From the IMG/VR virus record IMGVR_UViG_3300027749_000469, positions 1 through 24,583 of that record: DNA of 24,583 nt; one strand, written 5' to 3'. Both the position numbers and the translations under genes were made by a program. Source of the stretch: a virus (taxonomy: Duplodnaviria; Caudoviricetes). Shown in pieces: positions 8,826 through 17,975 of this stretch. The notes below the pieces were generated by a model. The model saw only the letters and a program-made list of their open reading frames with translations. It was not told where the DNA came from and searched no databases. Positions within the stretch are counted from its first letter, which is position 1. The number at the start of each line of letters is the position of its first letter.

Positions 8826-11800
8826 TAAGACACCACTCCTATCTGCAGATCTGTGATAGATTGTCCGGCCGCTAACGCAATTCTAATTAGAATATTGGTA
8901 CCAGTGCTGTTGGCGGCGTTTTGAGATCCTAGGGTCATTGTGTAAGCTACGTTAGAGATTGCTGTATTTAATGGAATTACATCTGCCCCGGTCAAGGCAC
9001 AACCATTTGACCCGTTGCCGCCTGTGCCAGTGGCTGCACCAGGAACTCCTGATCCAGCATACTGAGTAGATGCTTCTAACCATCCGTTGATGGTACTGGT
9101 AGGTCCTGGGAACCCCGGTGTGGGCGATGAGAATCCGCTTTTGTCTATTGTGGTTCCAGGTGCAGCCAGCCATACGCCTGCAACACCTGTGGTTGTGGTT
9201 AATCTAATATCAAAGTTTGCAAGACTCGGTCTTGCAAATGCAAAAGTAAAGTACTGTGTGCTGGTGCGTCCGCCAGTGACTGACAAGTTTGGTCCTACTG
9301 GCAAATATCCTGTGCTGAGATCAACTGCATACTGTTTGAGCACACCGTATCGAACCACAGCTTCTGGTGTTCCAGCAATGGTTTGTGCTCCGGACCAGGC
9401 GTTGGCAGTGTAAAAATTGGTTGAATTAGAAAACACCGGAGTGTTGCCGGCTGTGCTCATCACTATTCGTATGGCTGCTTGTGTGTTGGCAGTGGGTGTA
9501 CAAGTAATTGCCTGTTCGTTTATGCCAGAGTTTGCACCTGCGTACATCTGTATATTTGCTGGCAACTGCACTGTGGCACTGGTTCCAACCACGTTGAATA
9601 TGTTGGCCTGCAAAGTGGCCACACTGTTGTTGGCTCCTGTTAAGTTGGCAGTCAAGTTGCCAAGTGTGTAAGATGAACCAACACCCACATTGGCATTTAG
9701 GTTGGCTCCTGTCAGGAAGCTGTTGCCAGCATTGTTGATTGTGCCAAGTGCTTTGGTCTGTGTTGCAGATAATATGGCTCCAGATCCTTCGATCACTGTT
9801 CCACTGGCCAACACAAACGGATCTGCACTTCTAAATGTTTGTCCGGACAAGTTTGCCACCGCCAGTGTGGCAATGGTAATTGTAGGTGATCCTGTGTTGT
9901 AATAAGGAATACCCGAAATATATCGGTATGTGCCTGCTGTGGCTTCGACCAGAGCAGTACTGGCAGTGATCAAGCTAGGTGCTGAATTCAAATTGTCTTT
10001 GACAAAGCCCACATAGTTGGTGTTGCCTGTTACGGAATCTACCAATTTGTAGTTGTTGTAACCAGTGCTCAGGCTGCTGAGAGCACAAGCAACATTGGCA
10101 TTGAACACCTTGTAGAAGTAGCTTGGTACAGCAGCGTTGGCCACGTGCAAGTCTCGATCTTGAGTGATTACCAATGCACCCGAAGTTCCAACTGTGTTGC
10201 TCACATTGCTAAATGCCACGTTGCCAGCCGCAGTATTGTTGACATAGGCAAACAAGTTGGCGGTAAACTGAGTTGAACTTATTCCTGTGTTGGCATTGAT
10301 AATATTGGCAGCGGTAGCAATCAGTGTGGTTGTTGCAAAACGTGTGACACTGGTGCCATTGGCCACAATATTGCCGCCTGAAGCATCTGTTGCTCCAGCT
10401 GCCAGTAACGGACTGGTCCCTTCGCTGGTGTTAGCTATGGCCAAGTTGGAGAATCCACTAAGATTAGTAGGTGCTGTAGGATTGGCAGCAATAAAAATAT
10501 AACCAACATTGGAGATTGTGTTGCTTTGAGCAGTACTGGTTATACCGTTGGGTGTGCCGTTGGCCGTGAGTGCCACTGTGAACGCACCAGTGCTGTTATA
10601 GGTGTGCAGTGTGTTGCCCACATTTGACACACCATTGCTGAATGTGCTATCACCCCAGGACCAGTTGGCCAGATTACTGTTCTGACTGGTGTTCTGGAAT
10701 GTGAATGTTGATCGGTTGGAAGTATTGTAATCAGTATAGAGATATCCCACTCTGGCATTGCCTGTGTTGGCAGTGGCATCGGTTACAACGTTGGCTGTGG
10801 TTCCAATGTAGTTGCCACGCACTTGAGGTTCTATTGTGATTGTGATGTTACCACTCCGGGCTGGGCTGCTGCTGTAACCAGTGTACAGGAACAAATTGGC
10901 TGTGAACTGTTGATAAACGTTGCCAGCTTGATTGGCAGCACTCAACACAAATGTGTTTGTGACATTGGCTGCTGCTGGGTTACCTGCAATACCTGTGCCC
11001 ACATTGACATTGCTGATATTGCCGTCACCGTAGTTGAAGTTGTACAATTGTTGTGCGCCAAAACTGGCTGTGTTGCCTGGCGTGCCATTTGAGTCGTTGC
11101 GGAAACTTATACCACCTAGGCCGTTGATCACGTTGGCCCGATTGGCAGTGACAAACACATTGCCGGTTTGAGGAGCATAAACTTTTACGTTGCTGGCCGA
11201 TGATACCACAGTAACGTTGCCCGGACCTGCGGTGTTGCTGGTGCCACTTAGAACTGCACTGTACAAGCTGTCTGCGTTGGACGACACAGAATTGTACTGA
11301 TGAGTTACATTGGTAAACGATGTGTTGCCTAATCCTGGACCAGCAGTAAAGTTAGCAGTACCATCTCCAAAACTCAGATCATACCAGACCACATACTGGC
11401 TGGTATTGGTTATGGTAATAATGTTGCCTGTGTTGAAACTGTTGCTGCTCAGAGTAAATGACGGTATTGGACTTGGTGTGTACAACACAATGTTTGAAAT
11501 TGATGCTGTACTAGTTGATCCTTTGGCGCCATTGGCTGCATTGCCATTGTAGGTTCCATTGGTATTGAAGGCGGTGAAGTTCACAGTAAAAGTTCCGCCT
11601 AGTGCATTGCTAAAGGTATGAACCGCATTGGCTGTGGTAGCGTTGGCTGTGCCATCCCCAAACTGCCACAAGAAACTATTGGGATTACCAATATAACGAC
11701 CAGTGAATGCTACTGACAACGGGCTGGGTCCAGAATAAACGTTGGCAGTGATATAGGCATTGCCCACATAGGTACTGTTAGCAATATTCAATGACACTTG

Positions 11801-14800
11801 ATTCAGATCGTCTAGGCCATCTGTAACAAAAGTACCTGTGGTCCATCCAGGATAAGCAACATTGGCTGTTAGGCTACCGTCTGTGGGTGTGCCTAGTGTG
11901 ATGGTATTGCCCACACCGCCGGACGCAATGACATTAGAAAGTCCAGCACCGTTGCCAGAAAAATAGCCAGCAGTGATGTTGCCGGTTGCACTTATTGTTC
12001 CACCAGTTAGGATGTTACCGCCGGTGACATTGGCAGCACTTGTAATGTTACCAGTTGCTGAAATCAAGCCGCTGGTGTTGACATTTCCACTGTTGATGTT
12101 GCCTATTAAACTTAGACTTGTGCCTGTGGCAGCACCAATATTGGGTGTGGTAAGATTAGCACCTGCTTTGACAATGATATTTCCACCAGCATCAAATGCT
12201 GTGGTATTCAGATCAACTTTGGCTGAGAATACAGTACCAGTTAGACTTAGTCCAGCGTCAACATTGGCAGTGTAGGCAGTTGTTTGACTAAACAGAGCAA
12301 AAGTAATGTTGCTTGTGCCAAAAGTAATAGTGCCCAGCGGTGAATTGACTATGAAGGCAGCACCAAGATTGACATTACCGGTGCTGGTAAAGAAATAATC
12401 GTTTAGACTTATCTGTTGCGAACTATCTGGACCATATTCGTCTGCATCAGTGGCTCGAACAATTGCTGTGGCATTGGCCCAGGTGTAAATGCCGTTTTGT
12501 ACCGCATTGGCTTGATCTTTGACCAGGATACGTGTGCCCAGTGTTTGAACATTGCTGGTATCAACTAGATTGAATGAGCCAGTGGTGGTCAGTGTTGCCC
12601 CAACACCATTGGCTACTCCGTTGGGCTGAGCATATGTGATTGTTCCGCCTGTGGTTGTGGCCAGGGTAGTAGTGGTAGCTGCATATACAGGTGTGTGGTA
12701 CGCTATAGCAGTTGACACCATGTTGTCAACATATAATTTTGTTGCAGCATCGGTATCCTGTGCTGGATAGGCCACACTGTTGATATAGGTGTTGGCCAAC
12801 ACAATATTGCCAGCCGGTTGCAGATTCAAATTGCCCGACGCAGTGGTAATTGTCAACGGCCCGCTGACAGGTCTAATAGCACCAGTATTGACATTGCCAG
12901 CAATCACATTGCCTGTGACACTTGCAAGTCCTGTGGCAAAAATATTGTTGCCAGAAATATTACCAGTTGCGGTAATCAATCCTGCTGTGCTTAAATTACC
13001 AACGGTGGCATTGCCAGTTGCTGATATTAAGCCATTGGTTAGAACATTACCGCCCAAAATATTAGCAGCAGCACTAAATGTTGTGGCACTAATTACATTA
13101 GCCCCAGTGATATTTCCTCCAGAGCCAGACGTAACAATGTTGCCGCCGATAACATTACCGGTTGCTGATATCAGCCCACCAGTTAATAAATTACCACTGG
13201 TTGTGTTTCCTGTTACAGTCAAGCTGGATAATGTTCCAACCTGTGTTAAACTTGAATATAGTACGTTTGAACTTAGTGTATTGCCTACCAATGCATTGGC
13301 ATTTACACTAGATGCTGCAACACCTGTTAGTTGACTACCGTTACCAATAAAGTAATTTCCAGTGACATTGCCGGTTGCTGATATCAATCCCGCTGTGTTA
13401 ATGTTACCAGCAGTAACATTAGCAGTTGCGGATATCAATCCAGCAGTGAGTAAGTTGCTGCCAGTGATATTACCTGTTGCACTAATTAGGCCAGTAACAT
13501 ATTCACCTGTGGTAGAAAATACTGCTACATTGCTTGTTCCGCCTATGCCAACTGTGACATTACCTCCAGAACTAACCACAGTAACGTTGGATGTTCCAAG
13601 GTTGATGTTGGCCACACTGGTAATCACACCAGTTAGCGATGCACCGTTACCCAAGATATAATTGCCGGTTATGTTGCCTGTTGCACTTATTGTTCCACCA
13701 GTTGATAAATTACCACTGTTTGTGTTTCCGGTTACGCTCAGATTGCTTAGAGTTCCAACCGATGTTAGACTTGAGTTTAATACATTTGAACTCAGGGTGT
13801 TGCCCGTTAGTGCGTTGGCATTGACCCCGGATGCTGTTACACCGGTTAATAAACTACCATTACCAATAAAGTAATTGCCACTAACATTGCCTGTGGTTGA
13901 TACCAGTCCAGTTAAATTTGGTAAGTTGCCCGAATATGTTGGCAGGTAAGCTGCCACATCAGCATTGCTGTATCCTGCTGGCAATCCTGTGATCAACGCA
14001 CCGTTACCAAGCAAATAACTGCCTGCTATGTTGCCTGTGGCACTTATGACACCAGTGACATATGCACCAGTGTTGGCAAACTGTGCTATATTACTAGTTC
14101 CACTTACACCAACTGTGACATTGCCATTGGCACCCACAACAACATTACTATTGCCATTCAACAGTGACGATCCAGCTGTTACTGTGATGCCTGTTAGTAA
14201 CGCACCGTTACCAACAAAATAGTTGCCTGACACATTGCCGACCGCACTAACTTTGCCAGTGGTCAGTAAGTTTCCACCAATCACATTGCCTGATGCGCTG
14301 AGAGTTGTGGCACCAAAAGTTCCAGATACAGAAATATTGCCTGCTGAAACATTTCCAGAGACCGATAAGCCATTGCCAACAAAGGTGTTGCCGTACACAT
14401 TGCCTTGGGCACTTACAATACTATCAACATTTATATTACCAGCATGAATATTGCCAGTGTCTACGTTGCCACCAGTGATGTTGCCTGTGGCTGTGATAAA
14501 TCCTGGTGTAACAAGATTTCCGCCACGAATATTTCCTGCAGCACTAACTGTGAGACTTGAGACTGTTCCACCAGGAACACTGAGATTACCACCAGTTATG
14601 TTTCCTGTAGATGAAATTTGTCCAGCTGTAGTGATATTGCCGCCAACCACATTGGCAGTGGCAGTAACAGTGGTTCCTGTTACAGTGACACCAATTAGAT
14701 TGTTGCCGGTGATGTTGCCAACCGCACTGATCGATCCGCTGGCTGCAACAGTAACAGCATTAACTTTGGTGGCGTCTACATTGCCTGCTGTGATATTGCC

Positions 14801-16354
14801 AGTGACTGTGGCTTGACCACTGGTTAACAAATTGCCGCCAGTGATGTTGGCTGTGGTTGTTACTGGTCCTGTTAAGCTGACTAGATTGCCAGTATATGTT
14901 GGAAGGTATGCAGCAACATTGGCATTGCTGTAATTACCCGCAGGTAAATTGGTTAGCTGACTACCGTCACCCAAGAAGTATGCACCAGTGACATTGCCAC
15001 TTGCACTAACTGGGCCGCTGACAGTGACCGTGGCAGCGTTGACTCTACTGGTATCTACATTGCCTGCGGTGATATTGCCTGTGGCGGTTATTTGCCCTGT
15101 TGTGCGAATGTTGGCACCGGTGATATTAGACGTGGTTGTTACTGGACCAGCAAGACTAACTAGGTTACCGGTATAGGTCGGAAGATATGCAGCAACATTA
15201 GCATTGCTGTAATTTCCTGCAGGTAAATTTGTTAATTGACTACCATCACCAAGGAAGTATGCACCGCTGACATTTCCACTGGCAGTAATCGTAGCAGCAT
15301 TGACTCTGCCAGTGTCTACATTACCTGCTGTGACATTTCCTGTGGCGGTTATTTGTCCGCTTGTGCGAATGTTGGCACCAGTGACATTGGCAGTGGTTGT
15401 TACTGGTCCTGTTAAACTGACCAGGTTACCGGTATAGGTTGGCAAGTAGGCAGCAACATTGGCATTGCTGTAGTTGGCATTGATACCCGTTAGTAACGCA
15501 CCGTTACCCAGAATATAATTACCCGTGACGTTACCACTTGCAGAGACAGGTCCACCAACAGTGATGTTTGCAGCATTGACTCTGTTGGTGTCTACGTTGC
15601 CACCAGTGATGTTGCCTGTGGCTGTGATTTGCCCACTGGTTCTTATATTCCCACCAGTGACGTTAGAAGTGGTTGTGACCGGACCTGTCAAGCTGACCAG
15701 ATTACCTGTGTATGTGGGCAAGTAGGCAGCTACATTGGCATTGCTGTAGTTGGCATTGATACCTGTCAGCAATGCACCGTTGCCCAGGATATAATTACCC
15801 GTGATATTGCCAGTTGCACTTACTTCGCCTGCAACATAGGCTCCGGTATTGGAAAATACCACAATATTGCCAGTTCCGTTGACTGTGACAAATATATTGG
15901 AACCTGCTGCAGGTATGTTGATATTGCTGTTGCCGTTTTCGACCCTGCTACCAGTGGTGGCCACAATGCCTGTGAGTGCTGACCCGTTACCGATGAAATA
16001 GTCAGCAGTGATATTACCGCTGACAACAATGCTGCCTGTGATGTCTAGCCCGCCGGAACCCACATAGATAGTGTTGAATCTTTGAGATAAGCTGCCCAGA
16101 TCATACACATTGTCAATTCGTGGCAGCAGCGTGTTGTTGACCTGAATTTTACCAATACCCGAAGGACTCAGTATCAGGTTGCTGTTTATCACCGTGGTGG
16201 TGATGGTATTGTTGGCAATTTTTACATTTGAGCCAACAGGTCCAGATTCAAAAATCTGATTGAAGTTGTCGTTGGTAAATGCAAACGCTGTGCGTAACGG
16301 ATCGCCCTGCCCGTCGTCGGGCACTGCGCCAATGTCAATAACATATTGGGTCAT
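8825..16354 (-). CDS. Giant baseplate-anchored fibre/structural protein (2509 aa) with a gp9/gp10-like N-terminus and PKD-like domains
   Basis: N-terminus IDIGAVPDDGQGDPLRTAF..TNDNF matches the T4 gp9/gp10 I.IG..PDDG.GD.LR motif. Contains G/N/T repeats and four WQFGDG / LSFGDG / FNYGDG / WSWGDS PKD-like motifs at about 10540-11760. Confidence 0.85.
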   Translation of the reverse strand: MTQYVIDIGAVPDDGQGDPLRTAFAFTNDNFNQIFESGPVGSNVKIANNTITTTVINSNLILSPSGIGKIQVNNTLLPRIDNVYDLGSLSQRFNTIYVGSGGLDITGSIVVSGNITADYFIGNGSALTGIVATTGSRVENGNSNINIPAAGSNIFVTVNGTGNIVVFSNTGAYVAGEVSATGNITGNYILGNGALLTGINANYSNANVAAYLPTYTGNLVSLTGPVTTTSNVTGGNIRTSGQITATGNITGGNVDTNRVNAANITVGGPVSASGNVTGNYILGNGALLTGINANYSNANVAAYLPTYTGNLVSLTGPVTTTANVTGANIRTSGQITATGNVTAGNVDTGRVNAATITASGNVSGAYFLGDGSQLTNLPAGNYSNANVAAYLPTYTGNLVSLAGPVTTTSNITGANIRTTGQITATGNITAGNVDTSRVNAATVTVSGPVSASGNVTGAYFLGDGSQLTNLPAGNYSNANVAAYLPTYTGNLVSLTGPVTTTANITGGNLLTSGQATVTGNITAGNVDATKVNAVTVAASGSISAVGNITGNNLIGVTVTGTTVTATANVVGGNITTAGQISSTGNITGGNLSVPGGTVSSLTVSAAGNIRGGNLVTPGFITATGNITGGNVDTGNIHAGNINVDSIVSAQGNVYGNTFVGNGLSVSGNVSAGNISVSGTFGATTLSASGNVIGGNLLTTGKVSAVGNVSGNYFVGNGALLTGITVTAGSSLLNGNSNVVVGANGNVTVGVSGTSNIAQFANTGAYVTGVISATGNIAGSYLLGNGALITGLPAGYSNADVAAYLPTYSGNLPNLTGLVSTTGNVSGNYFIGNGSLLTGVTASGVNANALTGNTLSSNVLNSSLTSVGTLSNLSVTGNTNSGNLSTGGTISATGNITGNYILGNGASLTGVITSVANINLGTSNVTVVSSGGNVTVGIGGTSNVAVFSTTGEYVTGLISATGNITGSNLLTAGLISATANVTAGNINTAGLISATGNVTGNYFIGNGSQLTGVAASSVNANALVGNTLSSNVLYSSLTQVGTLSSLTVTGNTTSGNLLTGGLISATGNVIGGNIVTSGSGGNITGANVISATTFSAAANILGGNVLTNGLISATGNATVGNLSTAGLITATGNISGNNIFATGLASVTGNVIAGNVNTGAIRPVSGPLTITTASGNLNLQPAGNIVLANTYINSVAYPAQDTDAATKLYVDNMVSTAIAYHTPVYAATTTTLATTTGGTITYAQPNGVANGVGATLTTTGSFNLVDTSNVQTLGTRILVKDQANAVQNGIYTWANATAIVRATDADEYGPDSSQQISLNDYFFTSTGNVNLGAAFIVNSPLGTITFGTSNITFALFSQTTAYTANVDAGLSLTGTVFSAKVDLNTTAFDAGGNIIVKAGANLTTPNIGAATGTSLSLIGNINSGNVNTSGLISATGNITSAANVTGGNILTGGTISATGNITAGYFSGNGAGLSNVIASGGVGNTITLGTPTDGSLTANVAYPGWTTGTFVTDGLDDLNQVSLNIANSTYVGNAYITANVYSGPSPLSVAFTGRYIGNPNSFLWQFGDGTANATTANAVHTFSNALGGTFTVNFTAFNTNGTYNGNAANGAKGSTSTASISNIVLYTPSPIPSFTLSSNSFNTGNIITITNTSQYVVWYDLSFGDGTANFTAGPGLGNTSFTNVTHQYNSVSSNADSLYSAVLSGTSNTAGPGNVTVVSSASNVKVYAPQTGNVFVTANRANVINGLGGISFRNDSNGTPGNTASFGAQQLYNFNYGDGNISNVNVGTGIAGNPAAANVTNTFVLSAANQAGNVYQQFTANLFLYTGYSSSPARSGNITITIEPQVRGNYIGTTANVVTDATANTGNARVGYLYTDYNTSNRSTFTFQNTSQNSNLANWSWGDSTFSNGVSNVGNTLHTYNSTGAFTVALTANGTPNGITSTAQSNTISNVGYIFIAANPTAPTNLSGFSNLAIANTSEGTSPLLAAGATDASGGNIVANGTSVTRFATTTLIATAANIINANTGISSTQFTANLFAYVNNTAAGNVAFSNVSNTVGTSGALVITQDRDLHVANAAVPSYFYKVFNANVACALSSLSTGYNNYKLVDSVTGNTNYVGFVKDNLNSAPSLITASTALVEATAGTYRYISGIPYYNTGSPTITIATLAVANLSGQTFRSADPFVLASGTVIEGSGAILSATQTKALGTINNAGNSFLTGANLNANVGVGSSYTLGNLTANLTGANNSVATLQANIFNVVGTSATVQLPANIQMYAGANSGINEQAITCTPTANTQAAIRIVMSTAGNTPVFSNSTNFYTANAWSGAQTIAGTPEAVVRYGVLKQYAVDLSTGYLPVGPNLSVTGGRTSTQYFTFAFARPSLANFDIRLTTTTGVAGVWLAAPGTTIDKSGFSSPTPGFPGPTSTINGWLEASTQYAGSGVPGAATGTGGNGSNGCALTGADVIPLNTAISNVAYTMTLGSQNAANSTGTNILIRIALAAGQSITDLQIGVVS
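14740..15830 (-). repeat. Four tandem 87-93-aa repeats containing YSNANVAAYLPTYTGNLVSL; a fifth, degenerate copy lies near 13920-13975
   Basis: The AAYLPTY anchor (GCAGC on +) recurs at 14910, 15189, 15450 and 15726, giving periods of 279, 261 and 276 nt. Confidence 0.9.
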
Positions 16355-16372
16355 TCGTAAAGTCTCTTAGTG

Positions 16373-16380
16373 TATTTACC
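16373..16380 (-). promoter_or_regulatory. Putative late promoter GGTAAATA
   Basis: TAAATA core 18 nt upstream of the ATG at 16354. Confidence 0.6.
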
Positions 16381-16410
16381 AGAGCCAGCAAGGCCAAGGT
16401 TGTAGGGAGA

Positions 16411-16998
16411 TTACAGGTTTTCGCCGGTGTTTATCCTGTGTACAAAGGCTTTGAGATCAATGTGTGAGAAATTATCTATGTTTTTCAAGTCGGTAATTTC
16501 AGCAGTGGTTGTACCGCACACACGAACAAATTCCGTTCGGGCAAAGTCCCTAGCAACTGTGGATAATTGTTTGATCCAGTTGCCTGTAAAGGTAGGGGCA
16601 GCATCTGCAGACTTGTAAAACTCTGTTCCTGCATAAACATTGTTGAATTTACTGGCTGCTGTGCCAGCCATATCGTAGCCCAGTAGGTATATTCGTCGGT
16701 GTCCGTCGGATGCAGCTATTGCACACGCAATAGGGCCCGAACTGTTGCCATGATACTTTTTTGGAACCTGGTGTGCTCCTAGATCTGGCAAGGGTCTACG
16801 GGTATAAAATCTATTTTTTTTAGAATAACCCGAACGTTGTATGTGTTCTGCAATGGGCCTATCTGTGGCCACAAGACAATCGGGCTCAAAATCCCTGTAC
16901 AGTCCGTTGCAACCATAAATTGGTCCCAAAGGTCGAATTCTGGTCAAATCAATAATTGATCGGCTTTGACCGTTGCCCAATACAAATGCTACGCTCAT
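16411..16998 (-). CDS. Maf/DUF115-like or GT29/GT42 (sialyltransferase-fold)-like protein (195 aa)
   Basis: AFVLGNGQSR...IYGCN.LY...PD.LVA.D and SSG..A..IA...G...IYLLGYD motifs. GGAGG RBS upstream. Confidence 0.65.
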   Translation of the reverse strand: MSVAFVLGNGQSRSIIDLTRIRPLGPIYGCNGLYRDFEPDCLVATDRPIAEHIQRSGYSKKNRFYTRRPLPDLGAHQVPKKYHGNSSGPIACAIAASDGHRRIYLLGYDMAGTAASKFNNVYAGTEFYKSADAAPTFTGNWIKQLSTVARDFARTEFVRVCGTTTAEITDLKNIDNFSHIDLKAFVHRINTGENL

Positions 16999-17031
16999 AA
17001 AAAATCCTCCCAGTATGTATCTGAGAGGATT
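16999..17031 (-). terminator. Intrinsic terminator-like hairpin downstream of 17047..17829 that overlaps the RBS of 16411..16998
   Basis: Minus strand AATCCTCTCAG-ATACATA-CTGGGAGGATT-TTTT-ATG gives an 11-bp stem with one G-U pair, a 7-nt loop and a U run. Confidence 0.7.
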
Positions 17032-17046
17032 CCGGTACTAAATCTA

Positions 17047-17829
17047 TTAGGAAGTGACGTTTTCTACCAGTGCCAAGTTCAACAGATTTTGTTGTCCTGA
17101 GGCAATGCTGCCTGTGTTGGCTTGACCAGTGGTACCAGATTTGGTCATGGTGCCTTCGTCTGTAAAGAAGTTGGCCAAACTACGAAGATCGCCGGTAACT
17201 GAATCAGCAGCATAGTCGGAACCACCTTCCCAGCCCAGGATAAAGTGATTGGTAAGTTTACTGATGTAAACATCAGAGCTGGTGTCATCTATATAGGCAA
17301 TACTCATGTTTCCATTGGTAGGAGATCCAGAATTGCTGAGTATACATACACCCACCAGATTCACACTGCCTGTGCCTGTGCTGCCCAGAGCGGCGGTGGC
17401 AGTGAAGATTGTGCCAACACCATAGTTGCCGGGAGCACCATAAGAGGTCCAGGCTGTGTTGCCAACCACAGCAATCATGTAGGCATTGCCCACAACTAGA
17501 GCAGTGAGGCTGGTTGCATCACCAACTAGATACTTGTGGCTGCCTTTTTGGCGTATGATATAACCAGTGGCAGAACCTGCTGCAGAACCAGAGGCCAAGG
17601 TGATATTCACTGTGACCACAACTCTAGGGTTTGTGGCACTGGGAGTATCTGTGGGGGCTGCACCACCTACCACACCCACATACTGTGTGGAATTGAGTGT
17701 TTGTGTTGGTGAGTTGAACACCGGTGCTGTGAGCGAGGCAAAGTTTGGATAGCCAAGATCCACACCCACGCTGGCGCCACCATTGCCGGAGCCGGTGGAT
17801 AATTTTTGTATTTTAAGAGGACGACCCAT
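17047..17829 (-). CDS. Hypothetical virion structural protein starting MGRPLKIQK (about 260 aa)
   Basis: Start moved to the ATG at 17829 because of a strong AAGGAG RBS (17839-17844). Has its own late box and terminator, is G/T/S/A-rich, and ends in tandem TAA TAG stops. Confidence 0.75.
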   Translation of the reverse strand: MGRPLKIQKLSTGSGNGGASVGVDLGYPNFASLTAPVFNSPTQTLNSTQYVGVVGGAAPTDTPSATNPRVVVTVNITLASGSAAGSATGYIIRQKGSHKYLVGDATSLTALVVGNAYMIAVVGNTAWTSYGAPGNYGVGTIFTATAALGSTGTGSVNLVGVCILSNSGSPTNGNMSIAYIDDTSSDVYISKLTNHFILGWEGGSDYAADSVTGDLRSLANFFTDEGTMTKSGTTGQANTGSIASGQQNLLNLALVENVTS

Positions 17830-17848
17830 GATTTTTTTCTCCTTAAAG

Positions 17849-17920
17849 AAGTCCGATGCGAGTTCCATTCGCTACGCGGCAGGGTAAATCACCGCATAAA
17901 ACGCAGTATTGCGTTGACTT
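17849..17920 (-). ncRNA. Putative structured cis-regulatory leader RNA (four-way junction)
   Basis: AAGTC/GACTT closing stem around three hairpins: AACGCA/TGCGTT, TATGCGGTG/TGCCGCGTA and GCGA/TCGC. It lies between a late box and the RBS. Confidence 0.55.
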
Positions 17921-17921
17921 G

Positions 17922-17929
17922 TATTTAGC
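17922..17929 (-). promoter_or_regulatory. Putative late promoter GCTAAATA
   Basis: TAAATA core immediately 5' of the structured leader of the MGRPL gene. Confidence 0.6.
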
Positions 17930-17963
17930 AAACTCGGTTTATTTTGCTCAGGGCTGTGTTATT

Positions 17964-17971
17964 CTTAAATA
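17964..17971 (+). promoter_or_regulatory. Putative late promoter CTTAAATA (divergent; likely leaderless transcript)
   Basis: TAAATA followed by TCTC-ATG (17976), with no SD. Confidence 0.55.
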
Positions 17972-17975
17972 TCTC

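Noticed and set aside
1385-12925. Diversity-generating retroelement TR/VR pair among the duplicated blocks
   Set aside because: Mismatches are not adenine-restricted, both copies are coding and mid-gene, and no reverse transcriptase is present in the window.
33-15982. Many plus-strand ORFs up to 375 aa (LPPV/ALAVPP-rich)
   Set aside because: Most are codon-aligned antisense shadows of the Gly/Thr/Asn repeats. They stay open because TTA, CTA and TCA are infrequent in the sense frame, and they show no RBS or promoter support.
17849-17920. tRNA gene (72-nt cloverleaf; GTTCCA on the plus strand)
   Set aside because: The closing stem is only 5 bp, there is no D-loop GG, no correctly placed TTCRA arm, no 7-nt anticodon loop and no CCA. 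Kept as a structured leader instead.
17830-17975. Longer ORF-track starts (17868 minus, 17856 plus), giving overlapping divergent genes
   Set aside because: The RBS at 17839-17844, the late boxes and the TPR boundary support starts at 17829 and 17976. The extensions run through the RNA leader.
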